From Treponemataceae bacterium (GTDB lineage Bacteria; Spirochaetota; Spirochaetia; Treponematales; Rectinemataceae): a DNA stretch of 45,621 bases. Position numbers and translations under genes: made by a program. This document shows, piece by piece, positions 28,409-38,452 of this stretch (its first letter is position 1; each line of letters opens with the position of its first letter). The stretch lies in NCBI GenBank assembly GCA_963677895.2, contig CAXXGJ010000030.1, positions 1 to 45,621 of the forward strand, read 5' to 3'. The notes under the pieces are model-generated. The model saw only the letters and a program-made list of their open reading frames with translations. It was not told the DNA's origin and ran no database searches.

Positions 28409-31240
28409 TTATGGACGACGAACTATACGAATAGTAATGCCACTATTGCTTGAAGTATCCGCAATAGATAGGCGAGGTCCAGAAAGTCTCACTCGAGTAT
28501 CATAAGAAGGCCAATATCGAGCATCGCGTATAATATGCGAATACTGATCATGGAATTCTGGCCCTGTAGGGTTTACTTGCGCATCTGATGTATAAATTCC
28601 ACCGGAATAGTCTTGACAGATTTCGGATAAGTTGTCATCTAAACCAAATATACCTAGACCATTAGGTTCTCTGGTTCTAATATCATGTGCTGACCCATCG
28701 AGTTCATCTCCCCATCGAGCAACATATTCCCATTCTGCCTCTGTAGGCAATCGATAACCATTCTTATCCATGTCATAATATACTATCGCATTCTCGCCTG
28801 TACGGCCTATATAACGTGACCAATCAGTCATATCGTATACAGGCTGTAGTCCTTCTCTTCTGCTTAATTCATTACAAATAAATGCAGCTAGATAAAAGGA
28901 GATCATAGTTGCTGTATTGTTTTTACCTTCTTCATTCCAATTATCTGTTATGCCGAAGGTAATCCCAAATTGAGCATTTGTAATAAGATATTTACTCATC
29001 TTAAAGCTAGAAAGGGTGACCAAGTGGCTTGGACATTCATTTAACATTCCACGCTCTTTGTCCCATGCGGATTGTTCAGTATCCGTTCCCATAATAAAAG
29101 TTCCACCCGGCACATCAACCAGTTCTGGTAAAGGCATAGGTACATCGTACTCGGTAGTAATAACAGCTGATTCAAGCCAATTCTTCCGATAGGCAATATA
29201 ATTCAATTTTACGTTTGAACTTACAATAATAGGTGAAGTATAGATTATACCGTATGTAGTTGTTGGTATTGTGTTATCTAAGGTATATCTAATTTCTGCT
29301 CCTTCAGTCGAGCATAATAGTGTTACTTTTTGTGGTCGATGGTAGACTCCGCCAATAGGATTTGCTGTTGGATTAGATACTTTTTCTTTAATGATATAGG
29401 TTGCGGATGTTATTATAGAGTCCTTCCAATCAGTCATTAATGCGATGGCTTTAATTGTACTTGTTTCTAATATTTCTAGCGGTTGTGAGTATATTGAACC
29501 ATTAAAATTTGAAGGATTACTTTCATCTTTTGTATATATTATAGTTGCACCAGGAGTTGAACAGGATAAACTTAGGTTTAAGTGATCCAGATATATTCCT
29601 TCTGGGATTGAAAATTCAGGATTCGATACAGTTCCTGTAATTTTATAGTTGGAAGAAATTATTGCTGAATCTGACCAATTAGATTTATACGCTATTGCTT
29701 TGACTTCAGTTGATTCTAAAACAATAAATGGCTCAGTAAAAATATATCCATGATCATGTGTAGGTTGTGAACCGTCTAAGGTATACCTAATGGTTGAATC
29801 TTGAGTTAAACAACTAATAGAGATAGTTTGAGGATTATAATATAATCCATTAATTGGATTAAATATAGGATCTGATACTGTACCCGTAATCTCATAGTAC
29901 GCACTAGCCACAGGAGAATGTTCGTATCCTTCTTTGTATGATACAGCCCTTATCTTAGTACTTTTCGATACATGAATTAAAGATTCATATAGGGTTCCTG
30001 TTGAATCTGTAGGAATGCTACCATCGATAGTATAATAGATTAATGCATCTGCATCTTCACTATTCAAGCTAACATCAATCGGGAATTCATAAATACCTTC
30101 TACCGGTATAAATATGGGCTTACTTAATATTGAATCTGGAGTAGTAGTAGGATCTACTGGTTCAGTGATTGCCGGAGGTGTAGTAGTATCATTAATCACA
30201 AAATTTTGATCTTCAATAGCGACAGAATTACCGGTAACACCTGTTGATTCTACGAGAATATTGGAATCTATGAATCCTTGAATTTTTTGTCTTACTTTTG
30301 ATACAAAAGTTGAAAAAATATCCTTGGCCTGCGAAAAACGATCAGCCCACGTACGAAGTGGTTCATCTTCTGGCAATGTATTAATATTCGGCACAGGTGT
30401 TTCATGTTCAATATGATCACTTATTAGGCTGTTACCATCTTCTAATAAGTTGTCACTGTTTTGTACCCAATTAGAAAACGTTTTAATGCCGTTTGAGAAA
30501 TTTTCTTTCAGGTAGTTATATTTATTTGTTAAAGACTCTGCTATCCTCATTCCATAGTAAACAACAGGGTGTGTTTGGTATGTACTAAAATAAACTACTG
30601 CATCATTAAATGACTTTTCTATGAAGTTGTCTTGGTCTTCTTCATCGTCATCGGAATCTGTAGCGATTAAATTGTTGGTTTTACAGGTTAATACATTTTT
30701 CGATGAATCAATACCTATGGTAGGGATTATTCCATCATACCTGAGCCAAGATGAATCATCAGCTTTTTGTAACAACGATGAAATAAAAACCCTCGAATCC
30801 TCTCCTATGGTTTCCCATATCTGTGCTTCCGATTTATCTTCTCCGGAAGAGATTATTCTTAATTCTAAAGATCCTTGGCTATCATTCGAGGGAATCGAAT
30901 ATATTATTTCCTGTATGTCTGGCCTATATACTATACTAAAGTTGTTACCCGAGGAATCGAATACTTCAGACTGTAGTTCATGTTCATCTACTAGCCAACG
31001 TAATGCGGCCGTGAGTCCCAATTCGGAATTTGTAATAAATGCACTATCTGAATTCTTAAATAGTCGCGTTTCGGAATTGTTGGGGATCGTTGTGGTTGTA
31101 GTTGTCGTTGTCGTTGTCGTTGATGAATTATTGAAGATATCGCAGGAAAAAAGTATAGATGCTGCCACAAGCGATAATATTATTGAAAAAATACTAAAAA
31201 ATGATTTTACAATTTTTGAGGGTGAAACAGCAGTATGCAT
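28409..31240 (-). CDS. Lipoprotein with four CHB_HEX_C/Fn3-associated repeats and a C-terminal FGE-sulfatase (C-type lectin fold) domain
   Basis: Lipobox-like ILFSC, poly-Thr linker, four repeats of P.F.P..G.Y...I.YT.DGS.P, then VPGGTFIMG...E.P.H.V, GYRLPTEAEWEY, PNGLGI; RBS GGAGGT. Confidence 0.85.
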   Translation of the reverse strand: MHTAVSPSKIVKSFFSIFSIILSLVAASILFSCDIFNNSSTTTTTTTTTTTIPNNSETRLFKNSDSAFITNSELGLTAALRWLVDEHELQSEVFDSSGNNFSIVYRPDIQEIIYSIPSNDSQGSLELRIISSGEDKSEAQIWETIGEDSRVFISSLLQKADDSSWLRYDGIIPTIGIDSSKNVLTCKTNNLIATDSDDDEEDQDNFIEKSFNDAVVYFSTYQTHPVVYYGMRIAESLTNKYNYLKENFSNGIKTFSNWVQNSDNLLEDGNSLISDHIEHETPVPNINTLPEDEPLRTWADRFSQAKDIFSTFVSKVRQKIQGFIDSNILVESTGVTGNSVAIEDQNFVINDTTTPPAITEPVDPTTTPDSILSKPIFIPVEGIYEFPIDVSLNSEDADALIYYTIDGSIPTDSTGTLYESLIHVSKSTKIRAVSYKEGYEHSPVASAYYEITGTVSDPIFNPINGLYYNPQTISISCLTQDSTIRYTLDGSQPTHDHGYIFTEPFIVLESTEVKAIAYKSNWSDSAIISSNYKITGTVSNPEFSIPEGIYLDHLNLSLSCSTPGATIIYTKDESNPSNFNGSIYSQPLEILETSTIKAIALMTDWKDSIITSATYIIKEKVSNPTANPIGGVYHRPQKVTLLCSTEGAEIRYTLDNTIPTTTYGIIYTSPIIVSSNVKLNYIAYRKNWLESAVITTEYDVPMPLPELVDVPGGTFIMGTDTEQSAWDKERGMLNECPSHLVTLSSFKMSKYLITNAQFGITFGITDNWNEEGKNNTATMISFYLAAFICNELSRREGLQPVYDMTDWSRYIGRTGENAIVYYDMDKNGYRLPTEAEWEYVARWGDELDGSAHDIRTREPNGLGIFGLDDNLSEICQDYSGGIYTSDAQVNPTGPEFHDQYSHIIRDARYWPSYDTRVRLSGPRLSIADTSSNSGITIRIVRRP
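31088..31121 (+). repeat. Imperfect (GTTGTC)n microsatellite encoding the poly-Thr linker
   Basis: cgttgtggttgtagttgtcgttgtcgttgtcgtt. Confidence 0.7.
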
Positions 31241-31291
31241 AATCACCTCCACAATGTAGTTATTATAATATGATTTAAAGAAAAATATAGT

Positions 31292-31307
31292 GTATCTGCA
31301 GAATAGT
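31292..31307 (+). repeat. 16-bp direct repeat, copy 2
   Basis: Identical to 28263-28278. Confidence 0.8.
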
Positions 31308-31503
31308 GAGTTTTATATCCAGACTTATTTAGTAATATAGGAGAAAGAAAAGCTTATTCTTTTGGAAAAACATAAGTTATAAAAACCACTGCATATTCCC
31401 CCATGGAAACAAAAACCAGGAAACCATTTACAAAAAAGCTGAAAACCTATACTCCCACAATTGCCTGATAAACAGGAGCGTAACAGGGAGTTTAGTAGAA
31501 GAA

Positions 31504-31872
31504 ATGGCACTATTCGAGAAAGGAAAATCAGGAAATCCCCATGGAAGACCGAAGACGGGCGAAGCCCTGACCGACATCCTGAAGGAATACCTGGAGGACT
31601 GTGAACCTGAGGAGAAAAAGAGCAGGAAGGTAAAACTTATAGCCGAACTCTACCGGCGGGCCATGAGCAGATGGGAAAAAAAGGCCAACGGGAAAGAAAC
31701 CTGGATCGAAGGATCCGATGACCTCCTCAAATACCTTATCAACCGCATAGACGGCATGCCGAAGCAGGCAATGGAACTCGACGCCTTCCTGGAAGGCGAG
31801 GAAGCCTTGGCTGTATTCATCGAAAAAGAACTTAAGCACGATGCAGCTGACCCTGCACCAAAAACAGTCTGA
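31504..31872 (+). CDS. Probable terminase small subunit (DUF5681-like)
   Basis: FEKGKSGNPHGRPK N-terminus, RIDGMPKQ C-terminus; overlaps the large terminase gene. Confidence 0.75.
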   Translation: MALFEKGKSGNPHGRPKTGEALTDILKEYLEDCEPEEKKSRKVKLIAELYRRAMSRWEKKANGKETWIEGSDDLLKYLINRIDGMPKQAMELDAFLEGEEALAVFIEKELKHDAADPAPKTV

Positions 31873-33262
31873 AGTACTCCTGTCACCTGCCACCGAAATA
31901 CTGTTCGGTGGCGCTGCAGGGCCCGGCAAAAGCCACCTTCTGCGCGTGGCGGCGATCATCTGGTGCAACGACATATCAAATCTACAAGTTTACCTGTTTC
32001 GAAGAACATATCCGGAACTATGGTCGAACCACATGGAAGGCCCAAGTTCCTTCAGAACATTGCTGGCGCCCTGGATAACGCTGGGTAAAGTACAGATAGT
32101 CGATAAAGACATACGTTTCCACAACGGCGCCTGTATACACCTACGACACTGTCAGCATGAAGATGACGCACAGAGCTATCAGGGCGCCGAAATACACTGC
32201 CTGCTTATAGACGAACTGACCAGCTTCACCAAGAAGATCTACGACACCCTCAAGAGCAGAGTACGCATGAGCAACATGGAACTGCCCGAACGATGGATAG
32301 GGAAATTCCCGCGGATAGTCTGCGGATCCAATCCGGGGAACATAGGACATACATGGGTTAAGGCGGAGTATGTGGACCATGGCACAGAGGTCCACAAAAC
32401 AAAAGACGGAATGCTGAGACAGTTCATCCCTGCAAGGATGGAAGACAATCCGACCTTGATGAAAGACGATCCTGGCTATCGGAATCGATTGCACGGTATT
32501 GGCGACGTAGCCCTGATGCGCGCCATGGAATTCGGAGACTGGGACATTGTCTCGGGTGCAGCCTTAAGTGACCTCTGGAGAAGAGACATCCATGTGATAA
32601 AACCCTTCGAGATACCGCACGGATGGTATGTGGACCGAAGCTTCGACTGGGGAAGCTCAAAACCTTTCAGCGTGGGCTGGTGGGCTGAATCGAACGGATG
32701 CGAAGCAACCTTGTGCAACGGCAGAAAGAAAAGCTGGCCAAAGGGCACAATCTTCAGAATTTCCGAATGGTACGGCTGGAACGGAAAAGCCAACGAAGGC
32801 TGCATGATGGAAGACACAAAGATTGGCAGGGAGATTCGTGAAAGAGAGACAGCCTTGCGCGAAGTGCTCAACATCCACAAGCCCCATGCAGGACCCGCCG
32901 ACAGCGCAATTTTCGACGCCGATCCCGGGAAACCTTCGATTGCACAGGGCATCGACAAGGGATATGGCAGGGAAGGATGCTTCTACCCCGCCGACAAGAG
33001 GCCAGGCTCCAGGATAAAGCGGCTCGCCGTACTGCGCCGTTTTTTGGCCGCGAGCCTCCAGGAACCGATGGAAGAACCAGGCATATTTTTCTTCGACACT
33101 TGCCAGTATGGAGCGATACGCACACTGCCCGTTCTGCCGAGGGACACAAGAAACGCAGAAGATGTGGACAGCTCTGCCGAGGATCATTCCTACGACGAGA
33201 TTGGGTACAGGATCGCTACATCGCGACGATTTACAAAGACAGTATATGTGGAGGCTGCATGA
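31841..33262 (+). CDS. terL: Terminase large subunit
   Basis: GGAAGPGKS Walker A, LLIDE Walker B, GSNPG, DNP.L, nuclease FDWG...EDHSYDEIGY. Confidence 0.93.
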   Translation: MQLTLHQKQSEVLLSPATEILFGGAAGPGKSHLLRVAAIIWCNDISNLQVYLFRRTYPELWSNHMEGPSSFRTLLAPWITLGKVQIVDKDIRFHNGACIHLRHCQHEDDAQSYQGAEIHCLLIDELTSFTKKIYDTLKSRVRMSNMELPERWIGKFPRIVCGSNPGNIGHTWVKAEYVDHGTEVHKTKDGMLRQFIPARMEDNPTLMKDDPGYRNRLHGIGDVALMRAMEFGDWDIVSGAALSDLWRRDIHVIKPFEIPHGWYVDRSFDWGSSKPFSVGWWAESNGCEATLCNGRKKSWPKGTIFRISEWYGWNGKANEGCMMEDTKIGREIRERETALREVLNIHKPHAGPADSAIFDADPGKPSIAQGIDKGYGREGCFYPADKRPGSRIKRLAVLRRFLAASLQEPMEEPGIFFFDTCQYGAIRTLPVLPRDTRNAEDVDSSAEDHSYDEIGYRIATSRRFTKTVYVEAA

Positions 33263-34686
33263 CAAAGGAAATGGATATAACGACATCCCACAAGGATTAC
33301 ATGAAATACCTGCCCCGCTGGACGAGAATCAGGACAGTGATGGAAGGCGCCGATGCGGTTAAGGCTGCCGGCGAAGCCCTTTTGCCAAAGCTGCCAGGGC
33401 AAAGCCGTGAGAGCTATGAGCACTACAAGGAAAGAGCGGTGTTCTTCAATGCCGCCGGGAAGACCATGGAGCTCTATACAAGCATGGTATTCTCGAAAGC
33501 ACCGACGATAAAAGGTATCGACGAAAAGAGCCCCTTACTCGAGGACGCCGACCTAAAAGGAAAACCATTAGAAGAAATGCTGGAAGACATCCTTGCCAAC
33601 GTGATCGGTTACGGACGCTGCGGCATTCTCGTGGACTATTCTGGAGCCGTACCCGAAGGCATGAGCCTGGCAGAAGCAGAACGCGGGGAAGCCCGCCCTT
33701 ATATGACCATGTACCCTGCCTTGAGCATAACGAACTGGCACTGTGGAAGGCACGGTGGAAGAACGGTTCCGGACAGGATAGTGATACGGGAAACAATAGA
33801 AGATGATGCCGGGGAAGAAGCAGACCAGTATAGGGAACTCCTATTAATGAAAGAGATCTACACCGTGAGGAAATGGAGAATGGCGGCAGGGACAATAAAG
33901 GGGAAGAAAGAGAGCCAGTGGATAATGACAGGCAGAACAATACCAATAATGAACGGGGAACCGCTCAGCTTCATACCCTTCTTCTTCCTCGATGCCGCAT
34001 TGGGAAGCGCGGAATGCAGGACCCCTCCCCTGCTCGACCTGGTGGACATCAACATAAGCCACTACAGGACCATGGCTGATCTGGAACACGGACGATTCCA
34101 TTCGGGACTCCCAACACCGATATTCGCCGGCTTCAACTTCATGGAGGGCGATGCTGTAAAGCTGGGTTCGACGGAAGGACTATCATCCAATTTGCCTGAC
34201 GCAAAGGCATATTACCTGGAGTTCTCAGGCCAAGGCCTGGGCGTCCTGGAGAACGCAGCGAAGCAGAAAGAAGCCTGGATGATACAGTTGGGATCAGGAC
34301 TCCTAGACTTTTACAAGTCTGGCAAGGAAGCGACGGAAACTCTGATGATCCGGCGATCGGGCGCGAATGCGACCATAGGAAGGATCGCGATGGCCGTATC
34401 GGATATCATGACAAAAGTACTTAAGCTGATGGCCCGCTGGGCCGGATTGCCCTTTAATGATGTGAAAGTGCAGTTGCTGACCGAATACTTGCCTGAGAAC
34501 ATAACGCCACAGGAGATATCAATACTTCTCGAGGCAGTGCAGACAGGCAACTACAGAAGGATAGATTGGCTGTATCGGCTTAAGAACGCGGGTATATTAG
34601 GACAGGAAGTGAAGCCCGAGAAGATAGAGGAAGAGCTGGGGAAGAAAAAGAAAGATGTAGAACCGGTAGGATTTAAGGCTGCATAG
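33259..34686 (+). CDS. Portal protein (DUF4055 type)
   Basis: Y.ERA.FFN, GRCGILVD, PPLLDLVDINISHYR.MAD, KE..M.QLG; coupled to terL by ATGA. Confidence 0.85.
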   Translation: MTKEMDITTSHKDYMKYLPRWTRIRTVMEGADAVKAAGEALLPKLPGQSRESYEHYKERAVFFNAAGKTMELYTSMVFSKAPTIKGIDEKSPLLEDADLKGKPLEEMLEDILANVIGYGRCGILVDYSGAVPEGMSLAEAERGEARPYMTMYPALSITNWHCGRHGGRTVPDRIVIRETIEDDAGEEADQYRELLLMKEIYTVRKWRMAAGTIKGKKESQWIMTGRTIPIMNGEPLSFIPFFFLDAALGSAECRTPPLLDLVDINISHYRTMADLEHGRFHSGLPTPIFAGFNFMEGDAVKLGSTEGLSSNLPDAKAYYLEFSGQGLGVLENAAKQKEAWMIQLGSGLLDFYKSGKEATETLMIRRSGANATIGRIAMAVSDIMTKVLKLMARWAGLPFNDVKVQLLTEYLPENITPQEISILLEAVQTGNYRRIDWLYRLKNAGILGQEVKPEKIEEELGKKKKDVEPVGFKAA

Positions 34687-34941
34687 TGCTCGGGGATAAT
34701 GCCGCAACAGCAGCGTTATCTTGGGGCCACAAAGCCGCTAGGGGCGGCAAGGCTAGAGGAGCCTATCAGAACGTGAAGCGATAAAAGTAATGATCCGAAA
34801 GTATTGCAATGATGCTGAAGGAGCAAAGGTTGTGATGAAAAAAAGTATAGAAAATCATACAAAGATAGCGGGACGCCAGCAACAGCATCCTCTGGCTTGA
34901 TCGCATAATAATATATAATAAACAAAGATTGAATATAACTA

Positions 34942-36255
34942 CTAGACAACCTCCAAGTTTACAATAATAGAATCATCTTCAGCAATGATGTTTGCATGGC
35001 CAATTGATAAATCTTCTGTTGATTTTGGAAGTGCAATCTGATATTTATCCAATTCCATAATCTTGATTTCATCAATTTTATTTATGGTTAAAGAAAAAAG
35101 GCTCACAACATCGATAGGAATATCGACTCTGAATTTTTCAATAGTAATGGAAATGATGAGCTTCATCATTTCTACAGATGGCTTTAAATATATCCTACGA
35201 GCTCTCTCATAAGGTCTTGCCGAAACATCAATAGAACAATGAATATCACTTTTAGAAATATGGATATGACTATTAACCAAAGAAGAACTGCCAACATTGC
35301 CAATGGAATAGTGAATATTCAATCGAGCATCAACTCTACAAGCTATGTCATTAAATATAATTTTACCGTTATTAATGGACATGGAATCAGGACGATAAAC
35401 TCGAATAAGCAAGTGTTCAATATCTGTATTTTTTATTTTTAAGCATACTTCCAATATTTTCGTTATTGCTTTCCATATTTTGCCGAATAGGCTCTTGGAA
35501 TCAGAATCATGTTCAAGTCGAGAAAAACGCTGAATATTCTCAAGGATAATCTTTTTTAAAATTTCTTCACTATGAAGCCATTCAGCAGCAGGATCAATAT
35601 CTGGGAAAGTAGAAGATGACAAGTGATCAGCAGGAAATAATTCTCTTGATAAATCATTGATATTAAATTCAAACATATTTTTATCTTTGTATTTAATCTC
35701 GGTGAGTAAGTATATCAATTCATCTGTTGTATTTTTATCCAAACCAAAAGTATAATTTTTTATATTTTCTCTATTGCGATAGGCAATAATAAGATAGTCT
35801 GCAAAGCCCTGCTTGAATTGATTTGCAACACAGACTATATCCGATTCTTTTCGATACTCTTCTTTCATGTGCTCCTGAAATTCAATTGTTTCGGCAATAG
35901 ATGGATCAAAAAGAGAGCTATTTACATATAATGAGATCGGTAGGCGGTTAATATCTTCTATGCTTTGAACTGATCCAAGGTTACTTTTTTTTGAAGAATC
36001 TTTGTCCAGCCATATAATCCCCCCTGTCTGAGGTACTACTAGTTTATAAAGCTTCTCATATCTAGAATCATCATAAAGAATCCCAATGATCCATAAATCG
36101 CTAATTTGAGGAATCGATTCAATTACCGGAATTTCAGTAATATCAGAAACAACTCTATCAGATATTAATGTAGATTCTATCGGAAATTTATAGTGATCGA
36201 TAAGATTTTCAAAAAAACATTTGGAAAATTTCAGCGACATGCAATAACTTGGCAT
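34942..36255 (-). CDS. Orphan AT-rich hypothetical protein (moron)
   Basis: 437-aa ORF from MPSYC with RBS AGGAGG, opposite to the phage genes. Confidence 0.7.
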   Translation of the reverse strand: MPSYCMSLKFSKCFFENLIDHYKFPIESTLISDRVVSDITEIPVIESIPQISDLWIIGILYDDSRYEKLYKLVVPQTGGIIWLDKDSSKKSNLGSVQSIEDINRLPISLYVNSSLFDPSIAETIEFQEHMKEEYRKESDIVCVANQFKQGFADYLIIAYRNRENIKNYTFGLDKNTTDELIYLLTEIKYKDKNMFEFNINDLSRELFPADHLSSSTFPDIDPAAEWLHSEEILKKIILENIQRFSRLEHDSDSKSLFGKIWKAITKILEVCLKIKNTDIEHLLIRVYRPDSMSINNGKIIFNDIACRVDARLNIHYSIGNVGSSSLVNSHIHISKSDIHCSIDVSARPYERARRIYLKPSVEMMKLIISITIEKFRVDIPIDVVSLFSLTINKIDEIKIMELDKYQIALPKSTEDLSIGHANIIAEDDSIIVNLEVV

Positions 36256-36619
36256 AGTTAGCCTCCTAGTAGCTATAAGCAAATATTATACAACTATATT
36301 TGTATTATACAACCTTTATATAGCATATAGCAAGCGTTATATAAAAACATTTTTACATATATTTACTAATATGGTATACATTTAGAATTTCATTTACACA
36401 TAATATATTGATATTACTGCATATTAAATATAACCTATAATTCAAATATATTTTATATCCACTCCTTATGGTTAATTAAGAATCCGTAATTATGAGACTT
36501 TTACAAATCGTAAAAGAAGATCCCATGAAGATAGAGCTAGATAGGATATTGGTTCCTGAAGGATAGGTTGGTTTGTTAATTGCAAAAAAGATAGTAAAAA
36601 ATCTTTAGTATAAAAGTCA

Positions 36620-37345
36620 AAAAATGGCACAGAAAAGCGGTGGACTCTCTGTGCAGGATGAACTCCTTGAGTGGAAAGCCCTGAGGCCCCTTTCCGGTGT
36701 GTAATGAGAAATGTTATATGATCCGAAAGGCTTGCGGCGAGGCTACAGGCATATGTGGAAAAATATTTTTTTGATTTGATCGGCGCCCCCGGAGGCGGTC
36801 AGGAGTGAAGCGACTGGCGGCCTGCGTAGCGTAGACCGGGAGGCGCGACAGAGGGAGCACGATGCGCTCCTCAAGGAGAAGCGCGAAGCCATCGGAAGAG
36901 CAAAGGGGAGCGTTAGTGCGGCTGACGCGACTCCCGGTTGGCTGGCAGCCTTTATAAGGAGCTGGAACGGAGCCAAGGGTTCGCGACGCCGGGAGCGCTA
37001 CTGCGCGTGCGGCGCGAACCCGCAACAGCGGCACATTTAAACGCGAGGGACCGGGAGTGGTCTTTTAGGGCGCAGCAGGGGTTCCAGCTAAGACGGTGTA
37101 TGCGAAATTTTGCGCCAGCAAAATTTGGTGGAACCCGAACGTAGTGAGCGCATACACTTTTCTTAGCTGAAACCCGGTCACTTCCAGGACCGCCACACTG
37201 AGAGGATGTAAAATAATGAAGATGCGGTAATTGCATCAGTACGCTGGTTGTGCGGTTATCCGACACGTACTGTTGAACGCGCCTCGCGCTGGCATTGTTC
37301 ACTGCCTTTATCTATACTAAACTGACAGCCAGCGCGGGGCGCACA
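36620..37345. other. GC-rich, multi-hairpin non-coding segment (candidate structured RNA or folded-DNA element)
   Basis: Stems 36836-36851/36922-36937, 36977-36985/37013-37021, 37079-37093/37161-37175 (with nested stems), 37237-37272 and 37279-37293/37328-37342; no credible ORF. Confidence 0.55.
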
Positions 37346-37397
37346 AGGTGATAATCCTCTTCATTCCAAATAGCGCTTTTCAATGGTAAGATAACTT

Positions 37398-38249
37398 ATG
37401 TTTCGAAAAAAGAATTTACTGATATGTATAATATTTGTTCTGCTCAGCCAAAGCGCATTTTCTCAGAACTCGATTACCATAGCCTCATTCAACCTTCGCA
37501 TATTTGGACAGTCAAAGGCTGAGAAAAAACCAGTGCTTAAAGCTATTGCAGCCATAATAAAGCAATTTGACGTCACTGCTGTGCAAGAAATAAGGGATAA
37601 GGATGAGAACAGTATTCTAAAACTTATGGAAGAGATAAATAGCGGGGCAGAAAAATATGGATTGTTGATAGGACCGAGGCTTGGTAGAACTTCCAGCAAG
37701 GAGCAATATGCCTTCATATACAGGTTGGATAAAATTAGATATGACTATTTCCCAGTGACATGGAATGATGAGAAGGATAAGTTTGAACGTGAGCCGTTCA
37801 TTGCCAATTTCTATGCAATCGAAGGTAATCTAGATTTTGTACTAGTCGATATCCATACAAAACCTGAAGACGCAGAAAATGAGATGATGCTCCTGCCACA
37901 AGTGATGGAATTTGCTACTGAATACTATGGCGAGAAGGATGTCATCTGCCTTGGCGATTACAATGCTGACGGTAGCTATTTTAGAGAAGATGAGTATTTT
38001 AAAATATTTTCGGAAGAGAAATATATATGGATCATCCCCAATGAAGCAGATACTAATGTTGCCAAGAGCGACATGACGTATGACAGGATTACGGCTACAA
38101 GGAGCCTAGCTGAAGACTACTTACTGGAATGGGGAATATTAAAATTTGATGAAATTGACCTAAATGGATCAATTAGCATAAAGCCATTGGACATCAGCGA
38201 CCATTACCCGGTCTGGGCGATGTTCAACAATAATAATGATACAGACTGA
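37398..38249 (+). CDS. Secreted DNase I-like EEP-family nuclease
   Basis: Signal peptide; ASFNLRIFG, VQEIRD, LGRTSSKEQYAFIYR, FEREPF, HTKP, GDYNAD, YDRI, ISDHYPV. Confidence 0.9.
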   Translation: MFRKKNLLICIIFVLLSQSAFSQNSITIASFNLRIFGQSKAEKKPVLKAIAAIIKQFDVTAVQEIRDKDENSILKLMEEINSGAEKYGLLIGPRLGRTSSKEQYAFIYRLDKIRYDYFPVTWNDEKDKFEREPFIANFYAIEGNLDFVLVDIHTKPEDAENEMMLLPQVMEFATEYYGEKDVICLGDYNADGSYFREDEYFKIFSEEKYIWIIPNEADTNVAKSDMTYDRITATRSLAEDYLLEWGILKFDEIDLNGSISIKPLDISDHYPVWAMFNNNNDTD

Positions 38250-38452
38250 ACCAGTAATGAATAGAAAAATGAAACTGAAGATAAAAACGCTCTATTGGAT
38301 TGCCAAAGCCGCAAGGAGGAAATTGTAAAAAGGATGCAGCATCTATTCAGGCAACACTAAAATACAATATATGAACGAGGATTAAAATTGAAACCAATGA
38401 TACTCAAAAATAAGTAACTTTAGCGATCCTAGGACATAATTTATATATAACG

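Noticed and set aside
36257..36263. GTTAGCC matching the attC core
   Set aside because: It is the spacer between the AGGAGG RBS and the ATG of the 437-aa gene; no palindromic partner.
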